A DNA stretch of 64,000 nucleotides from Octopus vulgaris. Lineage: Eukaryota. The notes beneath the pieces were generated by a model. The model was not told the DNA's origin and did not search any database. It saw only the letters and a program-made list of their open reading frames with translations. The DNA lies in the NCBI GenBank assembly GCA_951406725.2, contig OX597829.1, forward strand, positions 20,522,001 through 20,586,000, in the 5' to 3' direction. The position numbers and the translations under genes were made by a program. Shown here piece after piece: positions 63,399 through 64,000 of the stretch; positions within the stretch are counted from its first letter, which is position 1; the number at the start of each line of letters is the position of its first letter.

Positions 63399-63482
<84 letters not shown>

Positions 63483-63622
63483 AAAGGGCTTAGTAAAATA
63501 AATTACTTTGCCGCATACTTTTATATAATGTAATAATTTGAATTCGCCTTAAATGGTCCCTTTGCATACTGAACACTTGGTGAAATTGATTAATAATTAA
63601 TTAATTTTACCCTCAATTGTTG

Positions 63623-63681
<59 letters not shown>

Positions 63682-63990
63682 CATATATATTCATACACAC
63701 ACATACATATACATACATACATATACAAATATACGCACACACATACATACATACTCATATACTCATACACGCACATACACATGTACATGCGTACCCATAC
63801 ACACACACACACGCGCGCGCATCCATATATACACATAAGTACACCCATGCGTAAAAGTATACATATATCTATGCTTACACATACACACACACACACGCGC
63901 CTCCTTATATTCATACTTACATGCATACTCAAAAAATAAGTAAATAGTAAAATATATATACGCGCAGTTATTCATACATGCATACTCAAA
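62315..63990. repeat. Compound (CA)/(TA) low-complexity microsatellite field
   Basis: Directly visible; the ORFs here are H/T/Y/I repeats. Confidence 0.9.
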
Positions 63991-64000
63991 AAATAAATAA

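Overview
Eukaryotic, AT-rich, microsatellite- and transposon-dense DNA; the SINE/RTE/Penelope repeat content suggests a cephalopod (octopus-like) genome, which is inference. The window is dominated by a giant inverted repeat: 1..~26445 mirrors ~36022..61782 and probably continues beyond the left edge. The ~9.6 kb spacer consists only of mobile DNA: a CR1/Jockey-like LINE, a third partial copy of arm sequence, a CsRN1-clade Gypsy element with a tandem remnant, and an RTE 5' piece. Each arm carries one host gene, a single-coding-exon type II membrane glycosyltransferase (nucleotide-diphospho-sugar transferase/GT77-like). It is intact in the right arm and has two in-frame stops in the left. The two coding copies differ at about 46 of 342 residues through mostly non-synonymous changes, while their flanks are nearly identical. 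Other notable items: at least four distinct hammerhead-ribozyme-like motifs linked to Penelope-like elements, three Penelope relics per arm that all begin at about the same RT position, a fold-back element built from a Gypsy LTR, and an arm-specific nested-hairpin/G4 MITE. All alignments and counts were done by eye.
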